64,000 nt of DNA from Acidobacteriota bacterium (GCA_963664705.1 OY761556.1:6400001-6464000), one strand, 5' to 3'; shown: positions 46,470 through 57,179, counted from the stretch's first letter. Made by a program: numbers and translations. The notes: generated by a model not told the origin, from the sequence alone.

Positions 46470-48764
46470 ATGAAGCAGGCAATGATGCTCCATAATCCCG
46501 ACAACAAGCGCCTCCGCACAGCGTCTGCAGTTTTTCTTCAAATGATCACCTTTATAAGCCTGTTCCTGGCCTTCGGTTTGAATGCCATCGCTCAGGAGAC
46601 GCCTGCCAAGACTCCGGTAAAAAGTAAGCTCAGTGAAGTTGTTGTCGTTACCGCTACGCGCTCAGACAAGAAACTGGAGGATTCACCCGGCAGCACGGCA
46701 GTGATCAATCAAAACGACATCATCGGAAGAGATGTCAGCACTATTGATCAGGCTATCAACACAATTCCGGGTGTCTTCAACCGCCGGGGCAAGGGCGTGA
46801 TGGATACTCAGTCCACAATCACATTGCGCGGATTTCCCAGCCAGCAGAGAACGCTGATTATGCTCGATGGGATTCCTCTGAATGACAGTTATTTGGGGGC
46901 TGTTCAATTTGGCGGGTTGGCAACAGCGAATGTCGACAGAATAGAGGTCGTCAAAGGACCCTTCTCGAGCCTCTACGGTGGCAATGCAATGGGGGGCGTA
47001 GTCAACGTTATTACGAGGATGCCGGAAAACAGAGAATTCATAATGAGTGGAGGATTCGGCAGCGGATTTCAGAATCGAGAGGCGATGAATGATCTGACTC
47101 GCGGCTACTTTTCCTATGGCGAAACATTCAAGGGTAAATTCGGCATTCTTGTGAGCTACGGGCAGAATCGGACCAACGGCTTTGCTAATGATTTTAATGC
47201 CCAAAGCGCACAACCTCCTGCTGGCATCACCGGTTATAGTGCAACCACGGACACACAGGGGAATAGGCGCTATGTGTTAGGTGATCGAGGAGACAATACC
47301 TGGCAGGATCACGACTTCAGCATCAAGACGACCTACCGGATCACCGACGCCTCAAGATTGGGCTTCTCATTTATTACCTCCGCATACCAATATGGAACAG
47401 ACTCTCCTCATAGCTATTTGCGAGATGCCGGCGAGAATCCCGTCTACTCCTTCGCTTCGGGCAAAAGCACGATCGGCGAAGCCACCTTCTTGAGCGGTTC
47501 CGGCAATCGAAGACAGGACATCTACAGCTTGTCCTTCGACACGATGATCGGGCACGTCCAGATGAAATCAATGGTGAGCTATTTGAACATCAACAATAAT
47601 TGGTATACGACTCCAGGTTCCACTGCAGCCACGACAATCAACGGTGGTCCTGGCAGTGTCGCTGATACGCCTGTCAGCAAAACCACCGGCAGTATCCAAT
47701 TTATGCTGCCCATATCCAGCTATCATATCCTGTCATTCGGCGGAGACGTGACGGGCAGTTCCGCAAAAACTCGCGAATACGGATTATCAAATTGGCGCGA
47801 TGAAAACTCCAGAGCTTCTATGACATACAGCGCCGGCGGAAAATCCATCACGAGCGGCATATTCCTGCAGGATGAAGTGGTGATCCGGAAAGATTTAACC
47901 GCCTATCTTGGGGTGAGGGGAGACTATTGGAGAACCTTTGATGGCTATGCCAATCAGGTGGGCACCGTGGGATATCCTGCATCTTACGCAAAGAAAAATG
48001 CCTTCAGTGCCAGTCCCAAGGCCGCCATCGTTTATCGTCTATCATCTGCAACAACCCTGAGAAGCTCAATTGGCCGGGTTTTCCGTCCCCCTACGGTGTA
48101 TGAGCTGTACCGAACATGGTCCTATTCATCGGGGACGGTTTATAAAGGGAATCCGAATCTGAAACCGGAGACTGCAGTGTCATGGGACGCTGCAATTGAC
48201 CAGAGGCTATGGAAAGGTGCTAGCGCTTCTTTCGCCTATTTCGAAAATCGCATGTCTGATTTGGTGTATCGTCGGACCGATCCGGCAAATTCGAAAATCA
48301 ACGAATATGTGAATGCAGGCAAGGCCAAAGGCAGAGGCGTGGAGATGGAATTGAGCCAGCGCGTGACGCCGGAACTGAAGCTCTTTGCCAATGCAACATT
48401 CAATAGCGCCAAAATAACTGAGAATTCATCAAAACCCACAACAGAAGGAAAATTTCTAACCTATCTCCCGCGCTGGACTGGAAATGGCGGAGCTGAATTT
48501 GATAAGGGCCGCATCAAAGCAACAATGACCGGCAGATATGTCGCGAAGGTTTTCACTCAGGATGAAAATAAGGATGTTGTCAGCAACGCACCCGGATCGT
48601 TTGATCCCTACTTTACAGCGGATGCGAAAGTGACCTGCCGAATCAACCGTCTGTTTGCGTTGTCTCTGTCGATGGACAATATCTTCGACCGCAAGTATTT
48701 CTATTCGTATCTAGCTCCAAGGCGTTCCGCTTTTGCGGAAATACTCGTAACCTGGAAAGAGTAG
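46470..48764 (+). CDS. TonB-dependent receptor 1
   Basis: VVVVTATR and VDRIEVVKGPFSSLYGGNAMGGVVN; beta-barrel-like C-terminus. Confidence 0.92.
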   Translation: MKQAMMLHNPDNKRLRTASAVFLQMITFISLFLAFGLNAIAQETPAKTPVKSKLSEVVVVTATRSDKKLEDSPGSTAVINQNDIIGRDVSTIDQAINTIPGVFNRRGKGVMDTQSTITLRGFPSQQRTLIMLDGIPLNDSYLGAVQFGGLATANVDRIEVVKGPFSSLYGGNAMGGVVNVITRMPENREFIMSGGFGSGFQNREAMNDLTRGYFSYGETFKGKFGILVSYGQNRTNGFANDFNAQSAQPPAGITGYSATTDTQGNRRYVLGDRGDNTWQDHDFSIKTTYRITDASRLGFSFITSAYQYGTDSPHSYLRDAGENPVYSFASGKSTIGEATFLSGSGNRRQDIYSLSFDTMIGHVQMKSMVSYLNINNNWYTTPGSTAATTINGGPGSVADTPVSKTTGSIQFMLPISSYHILSFGGDVTGSSAKTREYGLSNWRDENSRASMTYSAGGKSITSGIFLQDEVVIRKDLTAYLGVRGDYWRTFDGYANQVGTVGYPASYAKKNAFSASPKAAIVYRLSSATTLRSSIGRVFRPPTVYELYRTWSYSSGTVYKGNPNLKPETAVSWDAAIDQRLWKGASASFAYFENRMSDLVYRRTDPANSKINEYVNAGKAKGRGVEMELSQRVTPELKLFANATFNSAKITENSSKPTTEGKFLTYLPRWTGNGGAEFDKGRIKATMTGRYVAKVFTQDENKDVVSNAPGSFDPYFTADAKVTCRINRLFALSLSMDNIFDRKYFYSYLAPRRSAFAEILVTWKE

Positions 48765-48811
48765 CCAAGATACCAAATCGCATAAATCAGCATTTAAGCC
48801 TGCCGCCAGAG

Positions 48812-48901
48812 GTGTCACGAATATCATAAATGTGCCATTTCCAGCGAAATTATCCTTGCGCTGACATTGCCATGGTGTTACGTTTGGCCCATTCGTAATA
48901 C
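48812..48901. promoter_or_regulatory. Predicted NikR boxes 2 and 3
   Basis: GTGTCAC-N13-GTGCCAT (48812) and GTGTTAC-N13-GTAATAC (48875), upstream of receptor 2. Confidence 0.68.
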
Positions 48902-48931
48902 TTATGGTTCTTTTTGCGAAGGAGGCTTTGA

Positions 48932-51094
48932 ATGCACCAGCGTCTAGTGATGGCACTCTTGTTCCTCTTGATCGGAGCTTTCCCTGCACCAAGTCAGCAG
49001 AAACCGGCCGATGAAAAGACGGACGAACAAAAAAGCAGCAAGGATATTCCAACGCGGCACGATGTCGTCGTTGTTACTGCGACAAAAACTGAAACCAAGA
49101 TTGATGATTTGCCCGTCAGCATTCAGCTCGTGCCGGAGGAAGAAATTGACCACAAGCAATTCAATAATCCAAACATCGGAGAAATAGTTCGGGATGCTCC
49201 GGGCGTCTCGGTAGGGCATGGGAACCGGAACATACCGGCATGGATTCATCTGCGCGGCACAGGATATTTCATCGGAAGAACCCTTTATATGGTAGATGAG
49301 CTTCCGCTGGCAGAGCCGATGGTCAGCATCGCAGTTAATCCGGCCAATGTGGGTTCAGCCGAAGTTTTGCTTGGACCGTCATCGTCATTATATGGAGCCA
49401 ATGCCAGTGGAGGCGTAGTTAACGTGCGTTCGCTTAGCGGACGTGATCGAGCGGGTATGACACTGGGACTCGGCTATGGAACATTCGATACCTATCGGCC
49501 TCAATTTTCTATCGGGAAAACGATAGGCAACTGGGATCTTTTTACATCCTATAACGTGGATACATCCAATGGGTACAAAAACACGGACCAGGCAACCGGC
49601 GTATATCTGATGCAGCACGGATACCCCTCCTACCTCAATTCCGTAGCTATCGAGAATCAGTACTATACGAACCATTACGGCTACGGCCGAATCGGATATC
49701 ACAATCCCAAGAATGGGATCGGCTTCACCGTTGGTACCCATCTATTCAACGAGGATCTATATGGCGGCAGGCAGAATTCTTACAGTACAGGCACTCGTGT
49801 TATTACAACAGGTTCGTTTTTTACTCCGATCCCGCATGTGGGGCTTTTCACATTCCGGTTTGGGTATCAAAGTCGGCTTTCGGATTCAGTAAGCACCAAG
49901 GGCGTTTTAAAGGTGGCCAACTCTGCCATCAATGGCCGCTATGTTTATACGGCAATTGATGCAAACAACAGCTATGTCTATGATCCAACCATTACGCAAC
50001 AGCCTCATGCAACCTACACAAGAATCCCTTTGGACTTTCAAATGGATTTCCGATCATTTGTCGGCAATAGCATAACCGTTGGATTTACAGATTTGATCGA
50101 TCAGAGCCGTTCCTTTACATTCAACGCCGATCGATCCACAACTCTTGCACAAACAAGATATGGCGTTGGGCAAACCGCTGTGTATTTGCAGGATCAGTAT
50201 CGCTTCCTGAACAACAAGGCAACATTGATTGTCGGTATGCGGCATGACATGTGGAATTACCACGATGTGTACGACACGGGATCCACAAACCGAACGCCTC
50301 CGGATGTGGACAAGTCGGCAACGACATACCGTGGCGGGTTGAAATATCGGCTCAATGATTCCTGGGGATTTCGAGCATCGATTGGAAACGCCTTCTGGCC
50401 AGGCAATGCCACATGGTTTTTCCAGAACCTTTCAACCGGCAACACATGGCGCGAAGCCAATCCGAATCTGAAGCCGGAAAAAACCGTGATGGGAGATTTC
50501 GGAATCGATTTTATCAGTCCCAGCGGACATACCCAGGCGTCAGTGACCCCCTATTTGGGGCGCATTCGCGACGCAATGAGCTATGTTTACGACCAGCACC
50601 CGACACTGCCCGGCGTTCAGATAATCCGGACTTCCAATTCAGATGCAGTTTCCATCAAGGGTCTGGAATTATCATTGCGCCAGCAAATCATCCCGGACCT
50701 AAGCGGATATGCTCATTTCACTCTAAATAGGTCGGAAATAACCAAATCCGCAAAAAATCTGGGACATCAATTACGAAATGCTCCCGATTACCTGGGCGGC
50801 TTCGGGCTTGAGTATGCCAATCGAAGAAAAGGCTTTGGTGCCAATTTCTACGGCCGCTTCTCCGACAGCCGCTATTACGATGACGAAAACACAGAGCTTA
50901 ATTACTTCCACATGAAGAAATATCTGACGTTGGGAGCAAAGCTTTGGAAGAGCGTGACGTTGACCGACAGCAATAGCATTACCTTCTTCGTTGGCCTCGA
51001 CAATCTGAAGGACTCCAAGTACGACGGCGAATTCATTTACAACGCTCCGGGACGCTTTGTCGAAGCACGAGCGACCTACAATTATAAATTTTAG
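48932..51094 (+). CDS. TonB-dependent receptor 2
   Basis: Signal peptide, VVVVTATK, GPSSSLYGANASGGVVN, NPNLKPE and C-terminal YKF. Confidence 0.92.
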   Translation: MHQRLVMALLFLLIGAFPAPSQQKPADEKTDEQKSSKDIPTRHDVVVVTATKTETKIDDLPVSIQLVPEEEIDHKQFNNPNIGEIVRDAPGVSVGHGNRNIPAWIHLRGTGYFIGRTLYMVDELPLAEPMVSIAVNPANVGSAEVLLGPSSSLYGANASGGVVNVRSLSGRDRAGMTLGLGYGTFDTYRPQFSIGKTIGNWDLFTSYNVDTSNGYKNTDQATGVYLMQHGYPSYLNSVAIENQYYTNHYGYGRIGYHNPKNGIGFTVGTHLFNEDLYGGRQNSYSTGTRVITTGSFFTPIPHVGLFTFRFGYQSRLSDSVSTKGVLKVANSAINGRYVYTAIDANNSYVYDPTITQQPHATYTRIPLDFQMDFRSFVGNSITVGFTDLIDQSRSFTFNADRSTTLAQTRYGVGQTAVYLQDQYRFLNNKATLIVGMRHDMWNYHDVYDTGSTNRTPPDVDKSATTYRGGLKYRLNDSWGFRASIGNAFWPGNATWFFQNLSTGNTWREANPNLKPEKTVMGDFGIDFISPSGHTQASVTPYLGRIRDAMSYVYDQHPTLPGVQIIRTSNSDAVSIKGLELSLRQQIIPDLSGYAHFTLNRSEITKSAKNLGHQLRNAPDYLGGFGLEYANRRKGFGANFYGRFSDSRYYDDENTELNYFHMKKYLTLGAKLWKSVTLTDSNSITFFVGLDNLKDSKYDGEFIYNAPGRFVEARATYNYKF

Positions 51095-51111
51095 TCGACT
51101 GTTCCTGATAC

Positions 51112-52038
51112 ATGGCGCAGCGAATCGTCTCATCCTTTTTGACGTTGGTAATCGTCAGTTTTGTTTCCTTTTGTGCAGTCAAACTGGCTCCAGGCGATCC
51201 TACCAGGTTGATTTTAGGCAGTACGGCTCAGGATATAGCTCCTGAAGCGCTAGCCAGGATCCGGAGTGCCCAGGGTTTTGATGCTCCCTTTCTGGAACGC
51301 TATCTGGGGTGGTTGAAGAGTCTTCTATGCGGCAATCTGGGTGTGTCGCTGAAGACCAACCGCCCCATCACGGCAGAGTTTGGGGCGCGGCTGCCTGTTA
51401 CAGCCGTTATCGCTATTGCATCCCTTGTTCTTGCCTCGGCCATTGGGTTTGTCCTGGGAGTCCTTTGTGTTTTATATGAAGGTGGAATCATCGATCATGC
51501 TGTAAGGATTGCAGCCTCGCTATTTCATTCTGTCCCCGCATTTTTGATCGGGCTTTTTGCTCTTTACCTGTTTTCATTCAGATTGGCATTGATGCCGCTT
51601 TATGGTGTGGATGGCGGCGGCGGACTCATCCTGCCCGCCCTAACTCTTGGTGGCATCATGGGGCTTTCGCTTGCACGTGTATTGAGGAATACCCTCCTGG
51701 AGATAGTGCACGAAGAGCATTTTCTGGCTGCACTAGGCAAGGGTTTAAGCTATCCGCAGGCTGTTCTCAGACACGGATTGCGCAATTCTCTCCCCCTCAT
51801 GGTGACATATCTGGGGATGAGGTTTGCAGGGCTCCTGGGCGGTATCGTTCTGGTTGAATCCATGTTTTCTCTGCCCGGCATGGGGAGTTACATACTGGAA
51901 GCTATCTCAAGCCGGGATCTGCCTGTAATCCAGGCATACATACTTTTCTTCGGCACTGTAGTGCTGGCATCCAACCTTTCAGCGGACCTGATAGTGCGCC
52001 GGCTGGATCCCCGCGTCGCAAAAGAAAGGGTCCGCTGA
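51112..52038 (+). CDS. nikB: Nickel/peptide ABC permease (NikB/OppB family)
   Basis: APGDP, GNLGVS, KGLS...HGLRN, VESMFSLPGMG and LDPR. Confidence 0.72.
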   Translation: MAQRIVSSFLTLVIVSFVSFCAVKLAPGDPTRLILGSTAQDIAPEALARIRSAQGFDAPFLERYLGWLKSLLCGNLGVSLKTNRPITAEFGARLPVTAVIAIASLVLASAIGFVLGVLCVLYEGGIIDHAVRIAASLFHSVPAFLIGLFALYLFSFRLALMPLYGVDGGGGLILPALTLGGIMGLSLARVLRNTLLEIVHEEHFLAALGKGLSYPQAVLRHGLRNSLPLMVTYLGMRFAGLLGGIVLVESMFSLPGMGSYILEAISSRDLPVIQAYILFFGTVVLASNLSADLIVRRLDPRVAKERVR

Positions 52039-52039
52039 T

Positions 52040-52903
52040 ATGCCTCGAATTGCTTGCATCGGTGGAACCATTGTCTTTCTATTTCTCCTGACGGCATTGG
52101 TCGGAGACTCCTGCGCGCCCTACTCCTCGGCGCTATCGGATTACAAAAGCCTGTTGGAACCTCCTTCGGTCCGGCATTGGATGGGAACGGATCATCTCGG
52201 CAGGGATCTTTTTAGTCGTTTGATGGCAGGAACGCGAACAACGCTCAGCCTGGCGTTTCTTGTCGCAGTCATCGATGCAATTCTGGCTTTGGTTATCGGC
52301 GCTCTCTGCGGCTATCTGGGCGGATGGATCGATGTGTGTGTGATGCGTGTCGTCGATGCATTGCTCGCTCTTCCCGGCTTCCTGCTTGCGATCTGCCTTC
52401 TTGGGATATTCGGCGGTGGCGCGCTGCAGCTTGTTCTCTTCCTTGCGTTGACGGGATGGGCGCAATTGTCCCGCATTGTTCGCAACGAAATCGCGGCCGC
52501 AAAGCATCTGGATTTTATAACCGTCAATACAGCTCTGGGTTATACAGTTGCACGTAATCTATTCATGCATGCGTTGCCGGCCGTCATTCCTTCGTTGCTG
52601 GTCCTTATGCTGAATTCACTTGTCGGCGATGTCTTCGCAATTGTGTCTTTGAGCTTTCTTGGCCTTGGCGTTTCTCCCCAGACTCCGGAATGGGGCATGG
52701 TTCTGTATGATGCGCGCAGCTATTTCCTGAACAGCCCGTGGTTGTTCCTATTTCCCTGCGCTCTTATTGCGACATTCACTCTCGGATTACATCTGCTTGC
52801 GGATGGGGTCCGCGAATTCCTCGATAAGAAGCGTTTTCTTTTTCCCATCGAAGAGATCCGAATGCTTGCCGGCGCAGCATCTACTTGCGGGAGCGACACC
52901 TAA
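52040..52903 (+). CDS. nikC: Nickel/peptide ABC permease (NikC/OppC family)
   Basis: HWMGTDHLGRD, LSFLGLG and PEWG. Confidence 0.72.
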   Translation: MPRIACIGGTIVFLFLLTALVGDSCAPYSSALSDYKSLLEPPSVRHWMGTDHLGRDLFSRLMAGTRTTLSLAFLVAVIDAILALVIGALCGYLGGWIDVCVMRVVDALLALPGFLLAICLLGIFGGGALQLVLFLALTGWAQLSRIVRNEIAAAKHLDFITVNTALGYTVARNLFMHALPAVIPSLLVLMLNSLVGDVFAIVSLSFLGLGVSPQTPEWGMVLYDARSYFLNSPWLFLFPCALIATFTLGLHLLADGVREFLDKKRFLFPIEEIRMLAGAASTCGSDT

Positions 52904-54429
52904 TGAAATCTTTGCGTTTGGGCATAGTCTTGATAACGGTTTTGTTTTGGGGAACCGGCTGTTCGAACAATCCATCCATCCCCAATAAACTGGTCATTGG
53001 TGTGGGCTCGACTCTTAATCTTGGAAACAATAATCCGGTGTTCATCCAGCGCAATTCCAATGTTTGGGAAACACTGGCGGAGTTGGATGATAATCTGACG
53101 GCTCAACCAAAACTGGCGCAATCATGGGAAGTCTCTTCGGATGGTATGCAATGGACCTTTCATCTGAAAAAGGGAGTGAGGTTTCATAACGGAGATCTGC
53201 TTAATAGCAATCTTGTGGCTGCAAACATACTTAGATTGAAAGAGCATCCTGAGCTTGATTACTACAATACATTCGCATCCCTTGTTTCGGCCACCCCTGA
53301 AGATGGATTGACGGTCAGTCTGGTTTTTTCGAAGCCCGTAGTCGATCTTCCCAACAGACTTGGCCACTATTTCGCGGGAATCTTCAGTCCCGCTGCATTT
53401 GGTCAGGACGGCAAGCTCACCCGCCCGATAGGTTCCGGCCCCTACGTTTTTGCTCAAAGCAGCATTGGGCAATTCGATCGAGTTACGGAATTTGCTCAAT
53501 ACCATGGAGGGAAGCCCAGCTTCAGCGAAATCGAATTCAGAATTATTAATGATCCTGCGGTTCGAGTCATGTCGCTGATTCGAGGAGATATCGATATGAT
53601 TGCCCATCTCGGAGGAGTGCCCTCGTCCTATGTGGCTATGCTCAAGGACAAAAAGGATATCGTGGTTGCGGCACAAGACGTCGCCATCACACATTATCTT
53701 TTATTCAACTGTGCCCGGTCTCCTTTTTCCAATCCGCTATGCCGGGATGCTTTCTCCCGGTCATTAAATCGGCAGGAATTGGCCAGGCTCATTCTTCAGG
53801 GATCCGGCAGCGCTGCCCATGACTTTCTGATTGAAAAAGCTTCTCGATGGGACCGGAAACGATTCTCTCTTATACCGGAATCCGGCGAACAGATAAGGAA
53901 ACAGCTGCTTGCATGCGGCAAGGGAGCTTCATTGAAGCTTCTCTTGAGCCAGAGCGATGCTTCTTCCTGGAGTTATCGCCACATCGCCGATTATTTATGC
54001 GATTACTTTGCCAAACTGGGCGTTTCCATTCGCGTCGAGATTTTGGAAAGCGGAGCATGGCAGAAAGCGACACAAGCCGGGGATTACGACATCACAATGT
54101 ATCCGTTATCGACACCGACAGGAATCCCTGATCTGCTGATCAGAAGATTGGCCTATTCCAAGGGGATGCAGGTGCGAAGTATCGGCAACACGACCCATTA
54201 TTCGTCCGCTCAGGTTGACAATCTGTTCCGGGCTGCCATCAATGCCCCCAACGCGTCCGTGCATGAAGAAACCTATAATTCTCTGCTCGACCTGCTGGCC
54301 AAGGAAAAGCCCTTTGTACCTCTGTATCACGAACGCTATTACTATGCGTATCGACATAGACTGACGGGGATTCATGTGGATCCTTTCCTGAAAATGGACT
54401 TGGGCAAGGTCCGGATTGTGCGAGAGTGA
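52903..54429 (+). CDS. nikA: Nickel/peptide ABC substrate-binding lipoprotein (family 5)
   Basis: Lipobox GTGC, WTFHLKKGVRFHNG and PIGSGPY. Confidence 0.7.
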   Translation: MKSLRLGIVLITVLFWGTGCSNNPSIPNKLVIGVGSTLNLGNNNPVFIQRNSNVWETLAELDDNLTAQPKLAQSWEVSSDGMQWTFHLKKGVRFHNGDLLNSNLVAANILRLKEHPELDYYNTFASLVSATPEDGLTVSLVFSKPVVDLPNRLGHYFAGIFSPAAFGQDGKLTRPIGSGPYVFAQSSIGQFDRVTEFAQYHGGKPSFSEIEFRIINDPAVRVMSLIRGDIDMIAHLGGVPSSYVAMLKDKKDIVVAAQDVAITHYLLFNCARSPFSNPLCRDAFSRSLNRQELARLILQGSGSAAHDFLIEKASRWDRKRFSLIPESGEQIRKQLLACGKGASLKLLLSQSDASSWSYRHIADYLCDYFAKLGVSIRVEILESGAWQKATQAGDYDITMYPLSTPTGIPDLLIRRLAYSKGMQVRSIGNTTHYSSAQVDNLFRAAINAPNASVHEETYNSLLDLLAKEKPFVPLYHERYYYAYRHRLTGIHVDPFLKMDLGKVRIVRE

Positions 54430-55220
54430 CGATGAGTCTGGATATCCGCGATCTTTCTGTAATTTTCAAGACTCCGATGGGAGAGGTTCGTGCCATCGAT
54501 GGGCTCTCACTGAATATCAAAGACGGTGAGCGTGTGGCGCTTGTTGGAGAAAGCGGGTGCGGCAAAACAGTGTTGGCTTTGTCGCTTGTGGGTCTCTTGC
54601 CTCGAAATGCCCATGTTTCCGGCACGGCGGAATTTGGCGGCATGGATCTTATCCATACAGATGCGGCAATAGGCATTCGCGGACGAAGTATTTCTATTTG
54701 CTGGTCTAATGCTGAGCGCTTCTTCAATCCTGTTGTGCCTGTCGGGAAGCAGATTTGCGAAGCCTATGCGCAACATCATCCCCTGGAAGGAGCTCATGCG
54801 GAACAAAAGGCTGATAGTTTATTGATTGAAATGGGATTTGACGATCCAAGACATGTATGGAATGCCTATCCATTTCAACTTAGCGGCGGGATGAACCAGC
54901 GCGCGATGCTGGCAATGAGCGTGATCAACAATCCTGAGCTGCTCCTGGTCGATGAACCGACGCGAGGTCTTGATGATGATAGCCGAGAGAATATCGTTCA
55001 ATGTCTTCGCAAGATCCACGAAGGTTCAATGTTGATTATCACGCACGACATGAGATTGGTGATGGAATTGGCTCATCGCGTCTATTTCATGAAAGAAGGA
55101 AAAATATTGGCAGAAGGCGCATGCCCACAGGCTCTGACACATCCAGAACATCCATACGCCGAACTGCTGAGCCAATCAGATCTTTATCTTTCCGTCGCTC
55201 GAAAAGAGAGAAGCGTATGA
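54426..55220 (+). CDS. nikD: ABC ATPase (NikD/OppD family)
   Basis: GESGCGKT, YPFQLSGGMNQR, DEPT and ITHD. Confidence 0.72.
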   Translation: MTMSLDIRDLSVIFKTPMGEVRAIDGLSLNIKDGERVALVGESGCGKTVLALSLVGLLPRNAHVSGTAEFGGMDLIHTDAAIGIRGRSISICWSNAERFFNPVVPVGKQICEAYAQHHPLEGAHAEQKADSLLIEMGFDDPRHVWNAYPFQLSGGMNQRAMLAMSVINNPELLLVDEPTRGLDDDSRENIVQCLRKIHEGSMLIITHDMRLVMELAHRVYFMKEGKILAEGACPQALTHPEHPYAELLSQSDLYLSVARKERSV

Positions 55221-55897
55221 GCGAGCATAGCGCCCTGATTGAAGCCCGCAATCTGAGGGTTTTCTATCGCCAGGGTTCTATCTTCTCCAATCCGCGCTGG
55301 GTGGCCGGTCCGATTTCTTTTCATGTTCATGCGGGAGAGTTTGTCGGCCTCGCAGGTTCCAGTGGCTGCGGGAAAACTTCCATTGGCAAGGCTCTATTGA
55401 ATCTTATGCGTACCTGGGAAGGCGATGTCTATTGGAAGGGCTGCAATGTGCGGCGTGCTGCCCTAAGGGAATTACGGCCGCGTTTCGGCTGGATTTCTCA
55501 GGAGCCGATGCTGGCATTTAATCCGCGGCGGCGGATCATAGAGACATTGCGCGAGACCCTTTCGGTAAACCACATGATGGGAAATGCTCAGTATAAAATT
55601 GCCCAAATGTGCGAAATGATGAACCTTCAACAAGGCATGGCCTTGCGTTTCCCTTTTGAACTGAGCGCCGGACAGATACAACGATTTTCACTTATCCGAA
55701 CACTTATGCTGGATCCGGAATTCGTGCTTCTTGATGAACCCACTTCCTCTCTGGATCCCATTAACCAGGCGCAGATTCTTGACCTCATCGGGAATTGGCG
55801 AAGAAATCATGGATTGGCAGCCCTGATTATTGCGCATTCACACCGGATACTTGAAAAAATGTGCGATCGCCTTTTAAGTCTGGATGTGAACCCATGA
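55217..55897 (+). CDS. nikE: ABC ATPase (NikE/OppF family)
   Basis: GSSGCGKT, LSAGQIQR and LDEPTSSLD. Confidence 0.72.
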   Translation: MSEHSALIEARNLRVFYRQGSIFSNPRWVAGPISFHVHAGEFVGLAGSSGCGKTSIGKALLNLMRTWEGDVYWKGCNVRRAALRELRPRFGWISQEPMLAFNPRRRIIETLRETLSVNHMMGNAQYKIAQMCEMMNLQQGMALRFPFELSAGQIQRFSLIRTLMLDPEFVLLDEPTSSLDPINQAQILDLIGNWRRNHGLAALIIAHSHRILEKMCDRLLSLDVNP

Positions 55898-56604
55898 ATC
55901 ATTCTGGCGATCATTCGAATCCGATTATTCAACAAAATCGCCAGGCATATAGCCGTATTGCTGCCGAATGGCTGAGGCGCCAGGATACGGATTTTGACCA
56001 CGATTTTCACGAGCGGTGCCGCAAGCTGTTTTTGAAACATCTGAAAGGCCGGCGAGTGCTGGATGCCGGATGTGGATTGGGATTGGATAGTTTGGCTTTT
56101 GCCTCATGTGGATTAGAGGTAACAGCAGGCGACATCGTTCCTGCGTATCTTGCGGGAATTCAATCGATGGCACATGAAGTCAGGCTCGTTGCTATGGATA
56201 TTGCGGCGCCGTGTTTCCGGCGTGAGAGTTTTGACGGAATCTATTTGTGTGCAAGCTTCCTGCATGTGCCGCGTGATCTGGGAGGTCCAACAATTTCAGC
56301 TTTTGCGAAGATATTAGCGCCAGGCGGCATACTTTTCATTGGACATGTAAGCTCTGACAAAGGGCTCAGTGGGTATCAGGTGGATGATCTGTTAATCAAG
56401 AACAACCCCGCGCTTTGCTTTTGTCATCCACCCCAAGAACTCGGGTTGATGCTCAATGCTGCGGGTCTTGAATTATTGGCTTTGGAGCAATATCGGCCGT
56501 CCAAATACCCTTCTCCCTGTGCGGTTCGGAACAGCCTGATTCCTTACCAGATTGTCTGCGGCAAAAGATTCATCATATCCGAGTCTGAAGAGAATTCGAT
56601 TTAG
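55894..56604 (+). CDS. Class I SAM-dependent methyltransferase
   Basis: VLDAGCGLG, FDGIY...ASFLHVP and LAPGG. Confidence 0.85.
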   Translation: MNHSGDHSNPIIQQNRQAYSRIAAEWLRRQDTDFDHDFHERCRKLFLKHLKGRRVLDAGCGLGLDSLAFASCGLEVTAGDIVPAYLAGIQSMAHEVRLVAMDIAAPCFRRESFDGIYLCASFLHVPRDLGGPTISAFAKILAPGGILFIGHVSSDKGLSGYQVDDLLIKNNPALCFCHPPQELGLMLNAAGLELLALEQYRPSKYPSPCAVRNSLIPYQIVCGKRFIISESEENSI

Positions 56605-57008
56605 CCTCCAACATTGGTAATGACTGTCTTCCCGTGCTTTACTCCTTTTAGGCTTATCAGCTTGTCGGCGAATCTTTTCACGTCGATTCCATGCCCCTTT
56701 AGAATGATCACCTCAAGACAATGGTGATGATCCAAATGCACATGTGTTGTCGCCAGGACTTGTCCCTTGTAGTCATGTTGTGCACTGACGAGCTGTTCGG
56801 AAAGCTTGGGCTGATGGTGATCGTAAACCAACGTGATAGTCCCAACAACGACTTTGTTGGCAACAACATCCTCCTGAACGAAGTGATCCCTCACAAGGTC
56901 ACGGATTGCTTCCGATCGGCTGCCATAGCCCTTTTGAGCAACCACCTGGTCAAACTTCTCCAAGAGATCCTGTTCAAGAGAAATCCCCGTCCTTATCAAT
57001 GTTGACAT
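56601..57008 (-). CDS. nikR: Nickel-responsive regulator
   Basis: RHH segment RTGISL...SRSEAIRDL, VYDHH and HVHLDHHHCLEV. Confidence 0.95.
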   Translation of the reverse strand: MSTLIRTGISLEQDLLEKFDQVVAQKGYGSRSEAIRDLVRDHFVQEDVVANKVVVGTITLVYDHHQPKLSEQLVSAQHDYKGQVLATTHVHLDHHHCLEVIILKGHGIDVKRFADKLISLKGVKHGKTVITNVGG

Positions 57009-57132
57009 AAATGACTTTTCTCCAAGGAATTGTTACAGCCAATCCTCATTTTACATTATCGCTGTCCTGAAAGCATGAATGGTTCACAAGGGGATCATCC
57101 TTTTGCCTTGTGGATGCTACATTTATTTGATA

Positions 57133-57159
57133 GTAATACGAATATAACAAACGTAATAC
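57133..57159. promoter_or_regulatory. Predicted NikR box 4
   Basis: GTAATAC-N13-GTAATAC shares GTA(T/A)TACGAATATAA with box 1 and ends 20 bp before the hldD-like ATG. Confidence 0.68.
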
Positions 57160-57179
57160 GCACGTAAAAGAGCCCAATT

